This document shows, piece after piece, positions 14,890 through 24,632 of a stretch of 64,000 nt of DNA. Each line of letters opens with the position of its first letter. Position 1 is the stretch's first letter. Position numbers and translations under genes: made by a program. The notes beneath the pieces were generated by a model that was not told where the DNA came from, did no database searches, and worked only from the letters and a program-made list of their open reading frames with translations. Source of the stretch: Porphyridium purpureum (Eukaryota); assembly GCA_008690995.1 (NCBI GenBank), contig VRMN01000006.1, forward strand, positions 62,001-126,000, in the 5' to 3' direction.

Positions 14890-16294
14890 CTGCTACACGC
14901 GCAGGTGGCAATATGCGCGATCACAAGACGCACAATGCCACTGCGCAGGTGGCGTGGAGTCCTGGTGGACACAGGAGCCCCAATCTCCATCGCGGGCAGC
15001 ACAGCGTTTTCCGAATACTGCGCAGCCTCGGGCATATCCTCGAAACTGGGCACCCTACCAGAAGAAATCCCTCCGTTGGTCTGGGGTAAAGTTCTAAGTC
15101 CCCTGGGTGTCGGTGCCGTAAGAGTAGGCGTCGGCGCCGATGGATTCCTTTCCTTCAAGTTTATCGTCGTGGATTCCGAAGACCTGCCAATTCTCATTGG
15201 CGAGGACGAGTTGGAGCGACACCGCCTAAACGTCATGCGTGAGCCGCCTCCTCTGCGTTTGGAAGGCCCTCACTTCGTCATTCCGCTTGAAAGGACACAG
15301 TCGCAACACCTATCGATCGCGATAGGCCACTGCTCAGAAAGCGTACACCGTGTTCAGATGCCAGAGAATGCTGTTCTGTTCACAAGCAGCGAACTCCAGC
15401 ATCTGCACAAGAGATTCGGCCATGCCAGCGCGCAGCAACTGAGAAAGATTCTCCGCCTTTCAGGAAATGCTCCGACTCCCGAGGAATTCAAAAACATGAT
15501 TGAAATGCAACGCGCTTGCGATATTTGTAAATGGTACTCAGGCCGCAGAAGTACATTCAAGGTTGCGGCAGAGATCGAGGTCGCGTTCAATCATAATGTG
15601 TCAATAGACATCATGTATTTGGACGCGAGCCAGTCGGAGCGTGGGAGTCCCGTGCTGCATGCCGTGTGTAATGGAACCAAATTTAATGCAGCATGGTTTC
15701 TAAACGAAGGGAGTACATCGTCACCTTCGGAAACCGCTCAGGATTTCTTCCGACTGTTCTTTCGCGGATGGATTTCAATCTTTGGGAGTCCACACAGAGT
15801 CACGGTGGATCAACAAACCAACCTCGCGTCGGCAGATTTCAAAACGCTGATGCTGGGCGAATGCGTCTTGGTCGACCCCGTTCCCGTGGAGTCCCATTGG
15901 TCTCAGGGGACAGTCGAGCGCCACCATGAGCCGTTGCGAAAAGTCTACCTTCGTGTCCGCCATGACTTCCCGAACATGGAATCCAAAGACTGTCTGGCGA
16001 TTGCGGTTCGCGCGATCAACGTCACGACTGGGCCAGAAGGTTTGATTCCAAGTTTGCTCGTCTTCGGTACGATACCACGCATTGCACTTCGACCGGAGTC
16101 CGCACAAGAAGATTCGCGTGAAACAAATGTGCAGCGGCTTTCAGCCGCAATTTTGGCTCGGGGAGCTTATGAACGGGCAATCGCCGAATATCGGGTGCGC
16201 ACAGCGATGAACAGCCAGACTCCAGAGTTCCCCAGGGACGGTGACGTGATAGAATCAGGAGCTCCTCTTCTAGTGCGCCGTGAAAGTGCGTACG
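14890..16294 (+). pseudogene. pol: Copia-A Pol part 1 (protease, integrase), cut by an insertion
   Basis: LVDTGA protease, HKRFGH...CDIC zinc finger, SIDIMYL / TVDQ / GTVERHH integrase. Same frame as gag. Confidence 0.9.
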
Positions 16295-16990
16295 TGTTAT
16301 GAACCTCCTTTTCCTTTTACTTTCCCTCTCCTTCTTCTCTCCCCTTCGCTACCTCTCTCTCTTCTTCGTTTCTGTCCCCGAGCCTGCTCGCGGGTCTCCA
16401 CGCCTTTATATAGACTGCCGCCCCGTGTTCTCCAGCTCGCCGGGTAGCACTGTGAGAAAAAATGACAGTGCACCAGCAAGGCCACAGCAAGGCCACAGCA
16501 AGGCCACAGCAAGGATCCAGTGAAGACTAGGTATCCGCGGGGCTGGCGGATAACATTTCCCCCCGGCTTCACTCGACGTCTCGGCGAGTGTCCGGCAAAA
16601 CAATAATTTCTGCTTTTCTGAGCTCGAGGAACCCGCGCACCTGTCGCGAGCGACCTGATGCAGGTCTCAGTACAGCGAGTACGCAGAGGTACAGTCCCTA
16701 AGTGTACTGAAAGTACAGCTGTGGGTGTACCGTGTGGTACAGCTGAGTTATGTTGAGGGCCGCGGGATTGGGTTATTCCGAGGGCTGAACCCGCCGGGCA
16801 AGCCGTTGCGGCGCCGGAAGGCGGGTATAAAACAGAGCGAGCGGCAGCCGAACGAAGAAAAAAGGCTAGGAAGAAGAGAGTAGGTAGAGGAGGAGAGAAG
16901 AAGAAGTAAAGAAAAGAAGCTCCGTTTGTGACATAATTTGCAAATTGGTCGTGTGGGAGCGAGGAAGTGTGGGGTTGGGAGTGGGATAGG

Positions 16991-18289
16991 ATGGCGCGTG
17001 GGCGTGGGGCAGGAGTTGGAGAGGCAGGTGGGCCTCGCGAGGCAGCAGTTGTGGCAGGACTTGGGGAGCCACGCAGCGGATCCGCGATCATCGAAGCAGG
17101 GGCCGCTCGTGCCGGGGGCCCAGCGCCAGAAGACGGGCCTGTCGTGGAGCACCAGGGTGAAGCTGTCGACAATGAGCAGGGGACGCCAGGTCACCTGGAA
17201 GCCGCAGCCGACGCAGAGTCCGTTGTCCCGGTTGGAGACCTAGCTGCACCGGGCGGAGCCGAAGTGATGGCCCTTCGCGCTCGCGTTGCTGAACTGGAGG
17301 CCCAGGCGCACAGCCGCAACTCGGCGCAGACCTCGGGCCGTACCATGGATCGGTCGTTCTGGGAGGAGCAGTTGAAGCTCGCAGCAACCTTTCGCGAGGC
17401 GGTCCGCAGTGCTCAAGTTCTTATCAAGGCCCCAGGTGACGCTCATTTCTTCGCGTCGCGGACCTGCTGGGAGTCGCACGCGGACACACTTGGCCTCGCA
17501 AGGGACAATGTCGCGGAGCACATCAGCGCTTGCTTTGGTGGGCCCGCGGTGTCAAGGTACCAAGCCGTGATCAAAGATGTCGATGCGGCAGGGCCCGGCG
17601 CAGCGAACCGTGTGTGGAAGGCACTGGAGTCCATGTTTTTCAATGTCGAGCACCGCCAGGCTTTGAAAGCCGAGCTCCGCCGCATGAAGTTCCAACCGGG
17701 GAAAGCCAGCTTGAGTGTCTTTCTGAACGACCTGGAGACCAAGGCTGACGGGCTCAAGATGGACGACGAGGACAAGAAGGACGTGTTGATCGAAGCCATG
17801 GACTCCGCGTTCTTGAAGAACACGGTCCGCATGATCGGCGTGAGCGTCTCGTTCACCAAGCTGCGCTCAGCTCTGGTGGACCACGTCGGTGAAGATGGTT
17901 TGAAGGGTCTACCGAGTCGCCCGCTTCCTCCGTTTGGCCAGCAACGCCCGCTTGGCCGCGAGAGAGTGGGCCGCATAGGCGAGGTCCCGGGCACGACGAT
18001 CCAGAAGCGCGGTCGTGACTACGGCCTGTACGCAGAGGATGTGTACCAGGTCGAGAGCTTCGGGCCACAGGCCAAGCGCCAAGCCCTTCCGACTGCTTTG
18101 CCCGGACAGCCGCAGTGCTGGCAGTGCGGCGAACTTGGACACTTGAAGAGGGATTGCCGCAATGGATGGCCACGGGCCGATGGGGGAGTGCATCGCCCCG
18201 CGGGCCAAGGTGGAGCACCACGTGCGCCGTATCCGGACGGTGGCTTGAGCCACGGACCAAAAAACGGGCAGTGGGGCAGCAAGCAGTAG
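16991..18289 (+). CDS. gag: Element F Gag
   Basis: Zinc knuckle CWQCGELGHLKRDC. Confidence 0.9.
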   Translation: MARGRGAGVGEAGGPREAAVVAGLGEPRSGSAIIEAGAARAGGPAPEDGPVVEHQGEAVDNEQGTPGHLEAAADAESVVPVGDLAAPGGAEVMALRARVAELEAQAHSRNSAQTSGRTMDRSFWEEQLKLAATFREAVRSAQVLIKAPGDAHFFASRTCWESHADTLGLARDNVAEHISACFGGPAVSRYQAVIKDVDAAGPGAANRVWKALESMFFNVEHRQALKAELRRMKFQPGKASLSVFLNDLETKADGLKMDDEDKKDVLIEAMDSAFLKNTVRMIGVSVSFTKLRSALVDHVGEDGLKGLPSRPLPPFGQQRPLGRERVGRIGEVPGTTIQKRGRDYGLYAEDVYQVESFGPQAKRQALPTALPGQPQCWQCGELGHLKRDCRNGWPRADGGVHRPAGQGGAPRAPYPDGGLSHGPKNGQWGSKQ

Positions 18290-21200
18290 CTGCCCCCTGC
18301 ATGGAATGGTGGGAGCCGGGCGATGCCTCAGGTGAGGCAGAGTTGCAAGGCGCGGCGTACGCCAAGGAACAAGACGGCGACGCGGAGCTGGCCGTGCGTG
18401 CGGACAACAGTCCGACGTTGCGGGTGAAGCTCACCGCATGTGGCCAGGCAGTGGTCGCACTGGCAGTTCTGGACACGGGCGCAAACTCAACATGGGTGAG
18501 CCCGAGCGTGGCTGACCGGCTCGGCTTGAAAACGCAGCCGTCAAGTTGGGGAGCGCGAGGGCCGGACGGCGCCTCCTTGGGCAGAGTCAGCGTTGGGTTT
18601 CTGGATCTGCATCTCGGGTCTTTCGTTTTTCCGTGCGAGACGGTCCGAGTGGCGGAACACCTCAAGACAGATCTCTTAATCGGCTGGGACTTCCAGGTTC
18701 GAGAAGTCGCGGCCGTGCTGCCAGGTCAAGCTGTGTTCTTCAAGCGTGGAGGTTCTCTACCGTTCGAGCAAGTGAGTGGTCTGCCGGGCCCAGAACACAT
18801 CGGTCATCTTGAAGAACCGGGCGAGATTGATCGTCGAATCGCCCAGCTGGAGCAGAAGCACGCGGCCGAGAAAGAGGAAGCCCTGCGCAACGCCGCGGCC
18901 ATCGAGCTTGGGCATCTCGAGCCCGAGCAGCGCAAACGAGTCGGCGACGTCCTAGCTGAGGCGTGGGTGCTGTTCAGGCCGTCCATGGGATTAACGGACC
19001 TGGTGGAACACACCATCACTGTCGAACCGGGCCAGCGCCCTCTGGTGGCCAAAGTGCGCAGGCGCTCAGAGGCCGAGAACGAGGCTGAGCGCAGCCTGGT
19101 CGAAGCCCTTGTCGCTAAGGGAGTGCTGCAGCCGAGCACGTCGGAGTGTGCAGCAGCCAACGTACTGATCTGGAAACCAGATGGATCGTATCGGATGACT
19201 ACCGACTTTCGCCCGCTCAATGCAATCACAATCAAGGACAGGTACCCAATCCCAGACGTTGGGGAGATGCTCGACTGGCTTTCGAGGCGCCGATGGAAGA
19301 GCGCTCTCGATCTCAAGGACGGGTTTTTCCAGGTGCCCCTTGCGCCAGAAAGCATGCATTTGACTGCCATGATCACACGTGAGGGGCTATTTGAATACAC
19401 GCGTCTGCCGCAGGGCTGCTGCAATAGCCCGCCAACGTTTCAGCGACTCAACAACCGGATTTTGGGCCCTATGCGCCATGCACACGCGCAGATCTACATT
19501 GACGATCTGACAGTGGGACATGAGACCTTCGAGGAACATGTGGAAGGACTTCGTCAGATCTTGCGAAGGTTCGCGGCGTCGGGACTTACACTGTCGGCCC
19601 GCAAGTGCAAGATTGCTCTGGCAGAAGTACAGTTTCTGGGCCATCGCATTGGCCCGCAAGGTTTGCGGCCTGGGGTAGATAAGACGCGGGCAATCCTGGA
19701 GTGGCCAGAGCCAGAAGAAGCGAAGGACCTGCAGCGGTTCCTGGGACTGGTCGGCTGGTTTCGTAACTTCATACCGAACTTCGAGGAGCGTGCCCTCCCG
19801 CTGAGGCGAGCGCTGACTGGGCTCGGATTGACGGACAAGAAAGGTGGCTTCCACCGGAAGACGGCCGGTGGCGCAGAGTGGGCGAGCAGATTCGGGGACG
19901 ACCAGCGCGCCGCGTTCATAGACCTACGCCATGCGCTAGGTGATCCGATGGACGACGGTAGCGCAGTCCTGGTTGCATTCAATCCGGCCGCCGAGATGGT
20001 TCTTGAAGTCGACGCGAGCCAGGTGGGCATTGGCGCGGTCTTGCTTCAAGGGGACCAGCGGCGCCCGGTGGCCTTTTACTCAAGGGCATTCCGAGGCGCA
20101 GAGCTGAACTACAGCGTCACGGAGCAAGAGTGCTTGGGTGCCATACTATCCATGGAAAAGTTCAGGCACTATCTGTTCGGCAAGAAGTTCATTCTCGTGA
20201 CGGATCACTCGGCGCTGCTGTGGCTGCTTCGCCAGAAAGAGCCACGGGGTCGGACGGCAAGGTGGATCATGCGCGTGCAAGATTTCGAGTTTGACGTGAA
20301 GCACAAGCCAGGCGCAGCGAATATCGTGGCCGATGCGCTATCGCGTACTCCTCTGGACACTGGCACGGAAGAAGAGGTCCGGGAGGTACGGGACACGCAA
20401 GACAGTGGGGCGCTATACGCTGTGCCCACGGACGACGAGCTCAGAGCAGCGTACGCAGAGGACGAGCAAATCTGCGCGGAGCTCAAGAACCTATCAGGAC
20501 CCGCGCCAAAGTACTCCTTCCCTGAGTATATCGTGGACGAAGACGGGATTGTGTTTGCGTTGCTGAAAGACATGCCCAGGCGGGTGGTCCCTGACGCGCT
20601 TGTGTCGGCAGTTCTCAACGTCTATCACGGAGCCCCGCTGTCAGCTCACATGGGGACGGCGAGGACGGCGGCGAGGATAGCCGACGCGCAGTGGTGGTGG
20701 CCCGGGTGGACAGAAGACGTTCGGAAGTTCGTTCGGTGCTGCCACGAGTGCATAGCGCGCAAGGCACCACCACCCCGCCGGAACGCGGCGATGGTGCAGT
20801 ACTCGGCGTCCAGACGCTTTGAAATTGTAGGCATGGACATCCTCACCATCAGTCCGGAGACGCGAACGGGAAATATCAAGGTGCTCGTCATGATGGATGC
20901 TTGGACGCGATGGGCGGTTGCCGTGGCGCTCCCGGACGAGAAGGCAGAGACCGTGGCGCGGAGTTTCCTGCAGACGTGGTTGACTGTCTTTGGCCCGCCG
21001 GAGTCCATCTTGTCCGACCGGGGCTCAAACTTTGTCGGTGAGGTGATCACGTCGCTTTGCGCCAGACTCGGAATCCGGAGGCTCATGACGACAGCCTACC
21101 ACCCGCAGACGAACGGAAGGGTGGAGCGCTTCAATGCGACCCTGTGCAAGATGCTGTCGGCGTACGTCAGTGCAAGCTCGCGCGACTGGGATAGGTGGCT

Positions 21201-21867
21201 GTCCGTTGTAACCTACGCGTACAACACGTCGCGCCACGCAGCCACCGGCTTCTCGCCGTACGAAATGATGTTTGGGTCGCCAGCCAAGGACTGGGCAAGC
21301 ATGGCCGGACCGCGAGCGGTTGAAGGGGGCCAGCAACCGCAAGATATCTCCGCACAGCTGGCGCGCGCCTATCGGCTCGCCGGGAATAAGATGTCGGAGA
21401 ACGCCGAGAGGTTTGCAAGGTACTATGACAGAAACATTCATCGGAACAAGGAAACGTTTGCCGAGGGCGACATCGTATACGTGTGGTGCCCAAGTACGAG
21501 GCAGGGTCGCAAGCTGACAAAGCCGTGGCTCGGACCTTTCCGCATCACAAAGCGGAACGGGGTTCACGCAGTCGTGGTCAGCGCAAACGGCCGAGATGAC
21601 GCAGAGCTCCATGGCCAGCTCGTGCATGTGAACCGCTTGCACAAGGCAGACCCGGACGTGGTAGACATGGCCGGCACGAACGTGTTCGCTGGAGGAGATG
21701 CAAGTTGGGTGGTGGAGGCAATTGTGGAAGATCGGGCTGCGGGTGGAGGCCGCGAGTACAAGGTGAGATGGCGGGGTATGGGGAAGCGAGGCGACACATG
21801 GGAGGCTGAGAAGACGCTCCCGCCCATGCTGGTAGCCGCGTACCGAGACATGGCAGAAGGTGTTTGA
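18259..21867 (+). CDS. pol: Element F Pol (PR-RT-RH-IN-chromodomain), reached by -1 frameshift
   Basis: LDTGA, YIDD, VDASQ, H..H..C..C, YHPQTNGRVERFN, and C-terminal VEAIVEDR...EYKVRWRG...DTWE. Confidence 0.95.
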   Translation, partial: KKRAVGQQAVAAPCMEWWEPGDASGEAELQGAAYAKEQDGDAELAVRADNSPTLRVKLTACGQAVVALAVLDTGANSTWVSPSVADRLGLKTQPSSWGARGPDGASLGRVSVGFLDLHLGSFVFPCETVRVAEHLKTDLLIGWDFQVREVAAVLPGQAVFFKRGGSLPFEQVSGLPGPEHIGHLEEPGEIDRRIAQLEQKHAAEKEEALRNAAAIELGHLEPEQRKRVGDVLAEAWVLFRPSMGLTDLVEHTITVEPGQRPLVAKVRRRSEAENEAERSLVEALVAKGVLQPSTSECAAANVLIWKPDGSYRMTTDFRPLNAITIKDRYPIPDVGEMLDWLSRRRWKSALDLKDGFFQVPLAPESMHLTAMITREGLFEYTRLPQGCCNSPPTFQRLNNRILGPMRHAHAQIYIDDLTVGHETFEEHVEGLRQILRRFAASGLTLSARKCKIALAEVQFLGHRIGPQGLRPGVDKTRAILEWPEPEEAKDLQRFLGLVGWFRNFIPNFEERALPLRRALTGLGLTDKKGGFHRKTAGGAEWASRFGDDQRAAFIDLRHALGDPMDDGSAVLVAFNPAAEMVLEVDASQVGIGAVLLQGDQRRPVAFYSRAFRGAELNYSVTEQECLGAILSMEKFRHYLFGKKFILVTDHSALLWLLRQKEPRGRTARWIMRVQDFEFDVKHKPGAANIVADALSRTPLDTGTEEEVREVRDTQDSGALYAVPTDDELRAAYAEDEQICAELKNLSGPAPKYSFPEYIVDEDGIVFALLKDMPRRVVPDALVSAVLNVYHGAPLSAHMGTARTAARIADAQWWWPGWTEDVRKFVRCCHECIARKAPPPRRNAAMVQYSASRRFEIVGMDILTISPETRTGNIKVLVMMDAWTRWAVAVALPDEKAETVARSFLQTWLTVFGPPESILSDRGSNFVGEVITSLCARLGIRRLMTTAYHPQTNGRVERFNATLCKMLSAYVSASSRDWDRWLSVVTYAYNTSRHAATGFSPYEMMFGSPAKDWASMAGPRAVEGGQQPQDISAQLARAYRLAGNKMSENAERFARYYDRNIHRNKETFAEGDIVYVWCPSTRQGRKLTKPWLGPFRITKRNGVHAVVVSANGRDDAELHGQLVHVNRLHKADPDVVDMAGTNVFAGGDASWVVEAIVEDRAAGGGREYKVRWRGMGKRGDTWEAEKTLPPMLVAAYRDMAEGV

Positions 21868-21914
21868 CGCTGGGTGGCTATCGGCCGTCGCTGCTCTCAA
21901 AAAAAATGTTCGAA

Positions 21915-22047
21915 TAAAGATGGAGTGTCCGTGGCTGGACGGTAAAGAAGGAGCTGGGTCCGTTGCTGGACTATAAAGAAGGAGCTGTGTCCGTTGCTGG
22001 ACATTAAAGAAGGAGCTGTGTCCATGGCTGGACGGTAAAGAAGGAGC
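21915..22047. repeat. 31-bp tandem repeat (about 4 copies) in the element F 3' UTR
   Basis: Unit TAAAGAAGGAGCTGTGTCCGTTGCTGGAC.. Confidence 0.9.
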
Positions 22048-22999
22048 CGTGCCCGCAGCAAGACGGTAGAACGAATGATAAAGAACAAAATGAAGTACAG
22101 TCTGTGTACAGTGAAGTACAGTAATACTGTACCTGAGTCCATATTTGGGGGTGTATATACTCTAAATTTCGGCAGTTTGGCAAACGAGAATTGAAGAGGA
22201 TCTTAGGCACTCCCTGATTAGAGAAAACTGCCCCTGTGAAATGCTGGGGATCCGTGGCTAGGGTAATTCCCCGGGGTGACATTGGGCAGAGCCGTAACAG
22301 CGCACCTTTCCTTTAAGGTTAGCGGGGGAGGGGGATGGCAGCCTGTACGGGGTCTTGTCAGTGGGCGTCACTTGTGAGCGGCACCGGCCACCTTATTTTT
22401 TTGGCCCTGTTGCTGGCACTGTACCCTGTCAGCTTACACTGTACTTCGTCCGCTCGATCTCAGCTCATTGTGCTTGAACCTGTTGAGCGGCACGGGAACG
22501 GCTGCTATGCATGCGGCGCGTGGGCTTAGAACACGCTATCGCAATGGTCGCTGTGGATAAGCGGGAAGTGTGGGATGTCGCGAGCGACCTGATGCAGGTC
22601 TCAGTACAGCGAGTACGCAGAGGTACAGTCCCTAAGTGTACTGAAAGTACAGCTGTGGGTGTACCGTGTGGTACAGCTGAGTTATGTTGAGGGCCGCGGG
22701 ATTGGGTTATTCCGAGGGCTGAACCCGCCGGGCAAGCCGTTGCGGCGCCGGAAGGCGGGTATAAAACAGAGCGAGCGGCAGCCGAACGAAGAAAAAAGGC
22801 TAGGAAGAAGAGAGGAGGTAGAGGAGGAGAGAAGAAGAAGTAAAGAAAAGAAGCTCCGTTTGTGACACACCGGGAGAAAACCTCTGCTCGGCAGATTCAC
22901 ATAACTATTCATTGTCTGACTGGTCAATGAGTTGTGACAAGTCTGGTTTGGATTCTGACTCAAAGATTTCTTGTTCGGGTACTTCTTCATCATTTTCCC

Positions 23000-23821
23000 C
23001 TAAAATTCGTTCGTTCCGTCCGTATTCTCTGTAATCGTTCGCAGCTGACGGCGATTTTCAATTCCTCCACGGGCAGCACGGCAGTTGCGTGCAATGTGTC
23101 CGACACGTTGACACGAATAGCAGGTGTGCGTTTTCGTACCAGCATTGCCGGTGACCGTCCCCAACTCCATAGGGGCCCGTCCATCATAATCAGTACGAAC
23201 ATGGGTGCGTGGTACGGAAAACGAAGAGTAGCTTTGCATGTTCGTAGCCGCAAATATGGCGTCATCTACGGCCGACGCAACATGGAAAGCGTCCATCAGT
23301 GTCTTCGGACGGCTCTTCAGCACTTCTACTAACACATCCTTTTTCAAGCCGCGCACGAATCGATCCAAGGCTTCGGCCTCCGACACGCCGGAACACTGCA
23401 GCAAGATATCTCGAAACGAGGACGCGTAAGCGGACACACTTCCCTTCTGCTCAAGCCTCACGAGGCGGTCCCGCGCCCGACGTGCGTGATCGGCGGGCAA
23501 AAACTGAGCCTGAACTACAGCTTCGAACTCCGCCCAAGTTTGCGGGGCCTCTCGTCGCTGATTCACCAGAAACCACCACGTCAATGCTTCTTTCTCGAAA
23601 TACGTCGCAGCTGTCTGGATACTGCGCATTTTGATCTCAGGGGGGACGGCCACATCGACTGGCCCGTCCATCATCACGCGTTCACGCCAGTGCTCCACCA
23701 GCGGCGTGTACACTCTTCCTTTCGCGGCAAACAACCACGTCTGAACTTCCATCGGGTCTCGCTTCCCAGAAAACATCATAAGCTTTGCGGTCTTTACCGC
23801 CACGGTACCAGAGGAGGCCAT
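23000..23821 (-). CDS. gag: Element C Gag (intact, 273 aa)
   Basis: Retrotrans_gag motifs ([24 protein letters not shown]) and CYSCQRVGHIARNC. Homologous to the element D Gag. Confidence 0.92.
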   Translation of the reverse strand: MASSGTVAVKTAKLMMFSGKRDPMEVQTWLFAAKGRVYTPLVEHWRERVMMDGPVDVAVPPEIKMRSIQTAATYFEKEALTWWFLVNQRREAPQTWAEFEAVVQAQFLPADHARRARDRLVRLEQKGSVSAYASSFRDILLQCSGVSEAEALDRFVRGLKKDVLVEVLKSRPKTLMDAFHVASAVDDAIFAATNMQSYSSFSVPRTHVRTDYDGRAPMELGTVTGNAGTKTHTCYSCQRVGHIARNCRAARGGIENRRQLRTITENTDGTNEF

Positions 23822-24051
23822 CTTTTACCCTGGCTTCTAGTGACAATCCCAGATATAACCAAGCTATGCCTTCGCTTCACGTCACTCGAGGTGGGCGCTC
23901 AAACCGGCGGGGTAGTGCGCAATGCCTTGAACCCAACGAACCGGGAGACCGAGGATCACCCGTACCACATACTCGAGCCTGTTACACACGATGCAAATTC
24001 TTGGCCAACTGTTCCGACGACACCAGAAGACCGAAAGTTGACATGCACACC

Positions 24052-24260
24052 AACAGGCGATCAACAAGCCACACAGGCAATCAACGAGCCACACAGGCGA
24101 TCAACGAGCCACACAGGCAATCAGCAAGCCACACAGGCGATCAACGAGCCACACAGGCAATCAACGAGCCACACAGGCAATCAGCAAGCCACACAGGCAA
24201 TCAACGAGCCACACAGGCGATCAACGAGCCACACAGGCAATCAACGAGCCACACAGGCGA
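24052..24260. repeat. 20-bp tandem repeat (about 10 copies) in the element C 5' leader
   Basis: Unit ACAGGC(A/G)ATCAACGAGCCAC. Confidence 0.95.
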
Positions 24261-24632
24261 TGGGGCCACTCAGGCCCACACCCCCCTCGTCCAACCAGCG
24301 ATGATACCAGATGTTATGAACCTCCTTTTCCTTTTACTTTCCCTCTCCTTCTTCTCTCCCCTTCGCTACCTCTCTCTCTTCTTCCTTTCTGTCCCCGAGC
24401 CTGCTCGCGGGTCTCCACGCCTTTATATAGACTGCCGCCCCGTGTTCTCCAGCTCGCCGGGTAGCACTGTGAGAAAAAATGACAGTGCACCAGCAAAACT
24501 ACAGCAAGGCTACAGCAAGGCTACAGCAAGGCTACAGCAAGGCCACAGCAAGGCCACAGCAAGGCCACAGCAAGGCCACAGCAAGGATCCAGTGAAGACT
24601 AGGTATCCGCGGGGCTGGCGGATAACAGTACG

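Larger units (their letters stand above)
16642..22867 (+). mobile_element. Element F: full-length, young Ty3/Gypsy element with chromodomain integrase, nested in element C
   Basis: 292-bp LTRs at 16642-16933 and 22576-22867, nearly identical by eye. 4-bp TSD CACC. Open gag and pol. Confidence 0.95.
16295..24627 (-). mobile_element. Element C: non-autonomous gag-only Ty3/Gypsy LTR element
   Basis: LTRs 24312-24627 (5') and 16295-16555 (3'). TSD GTACG. PBS TGGTATCATCGCTGGTT at 24293-24309 on the minus strand. PPT at 16556-16566. Only gag and a short pol tail remain once element F is removed. Confidence 0.92.

Noticed and set aside
21915..24260. 31-bp and 20-bp repeats as CRISPR arrays
   Set aside because: There are no unique spacers or cas genes, and the repeats lie inside eukaryotic LTR elements.
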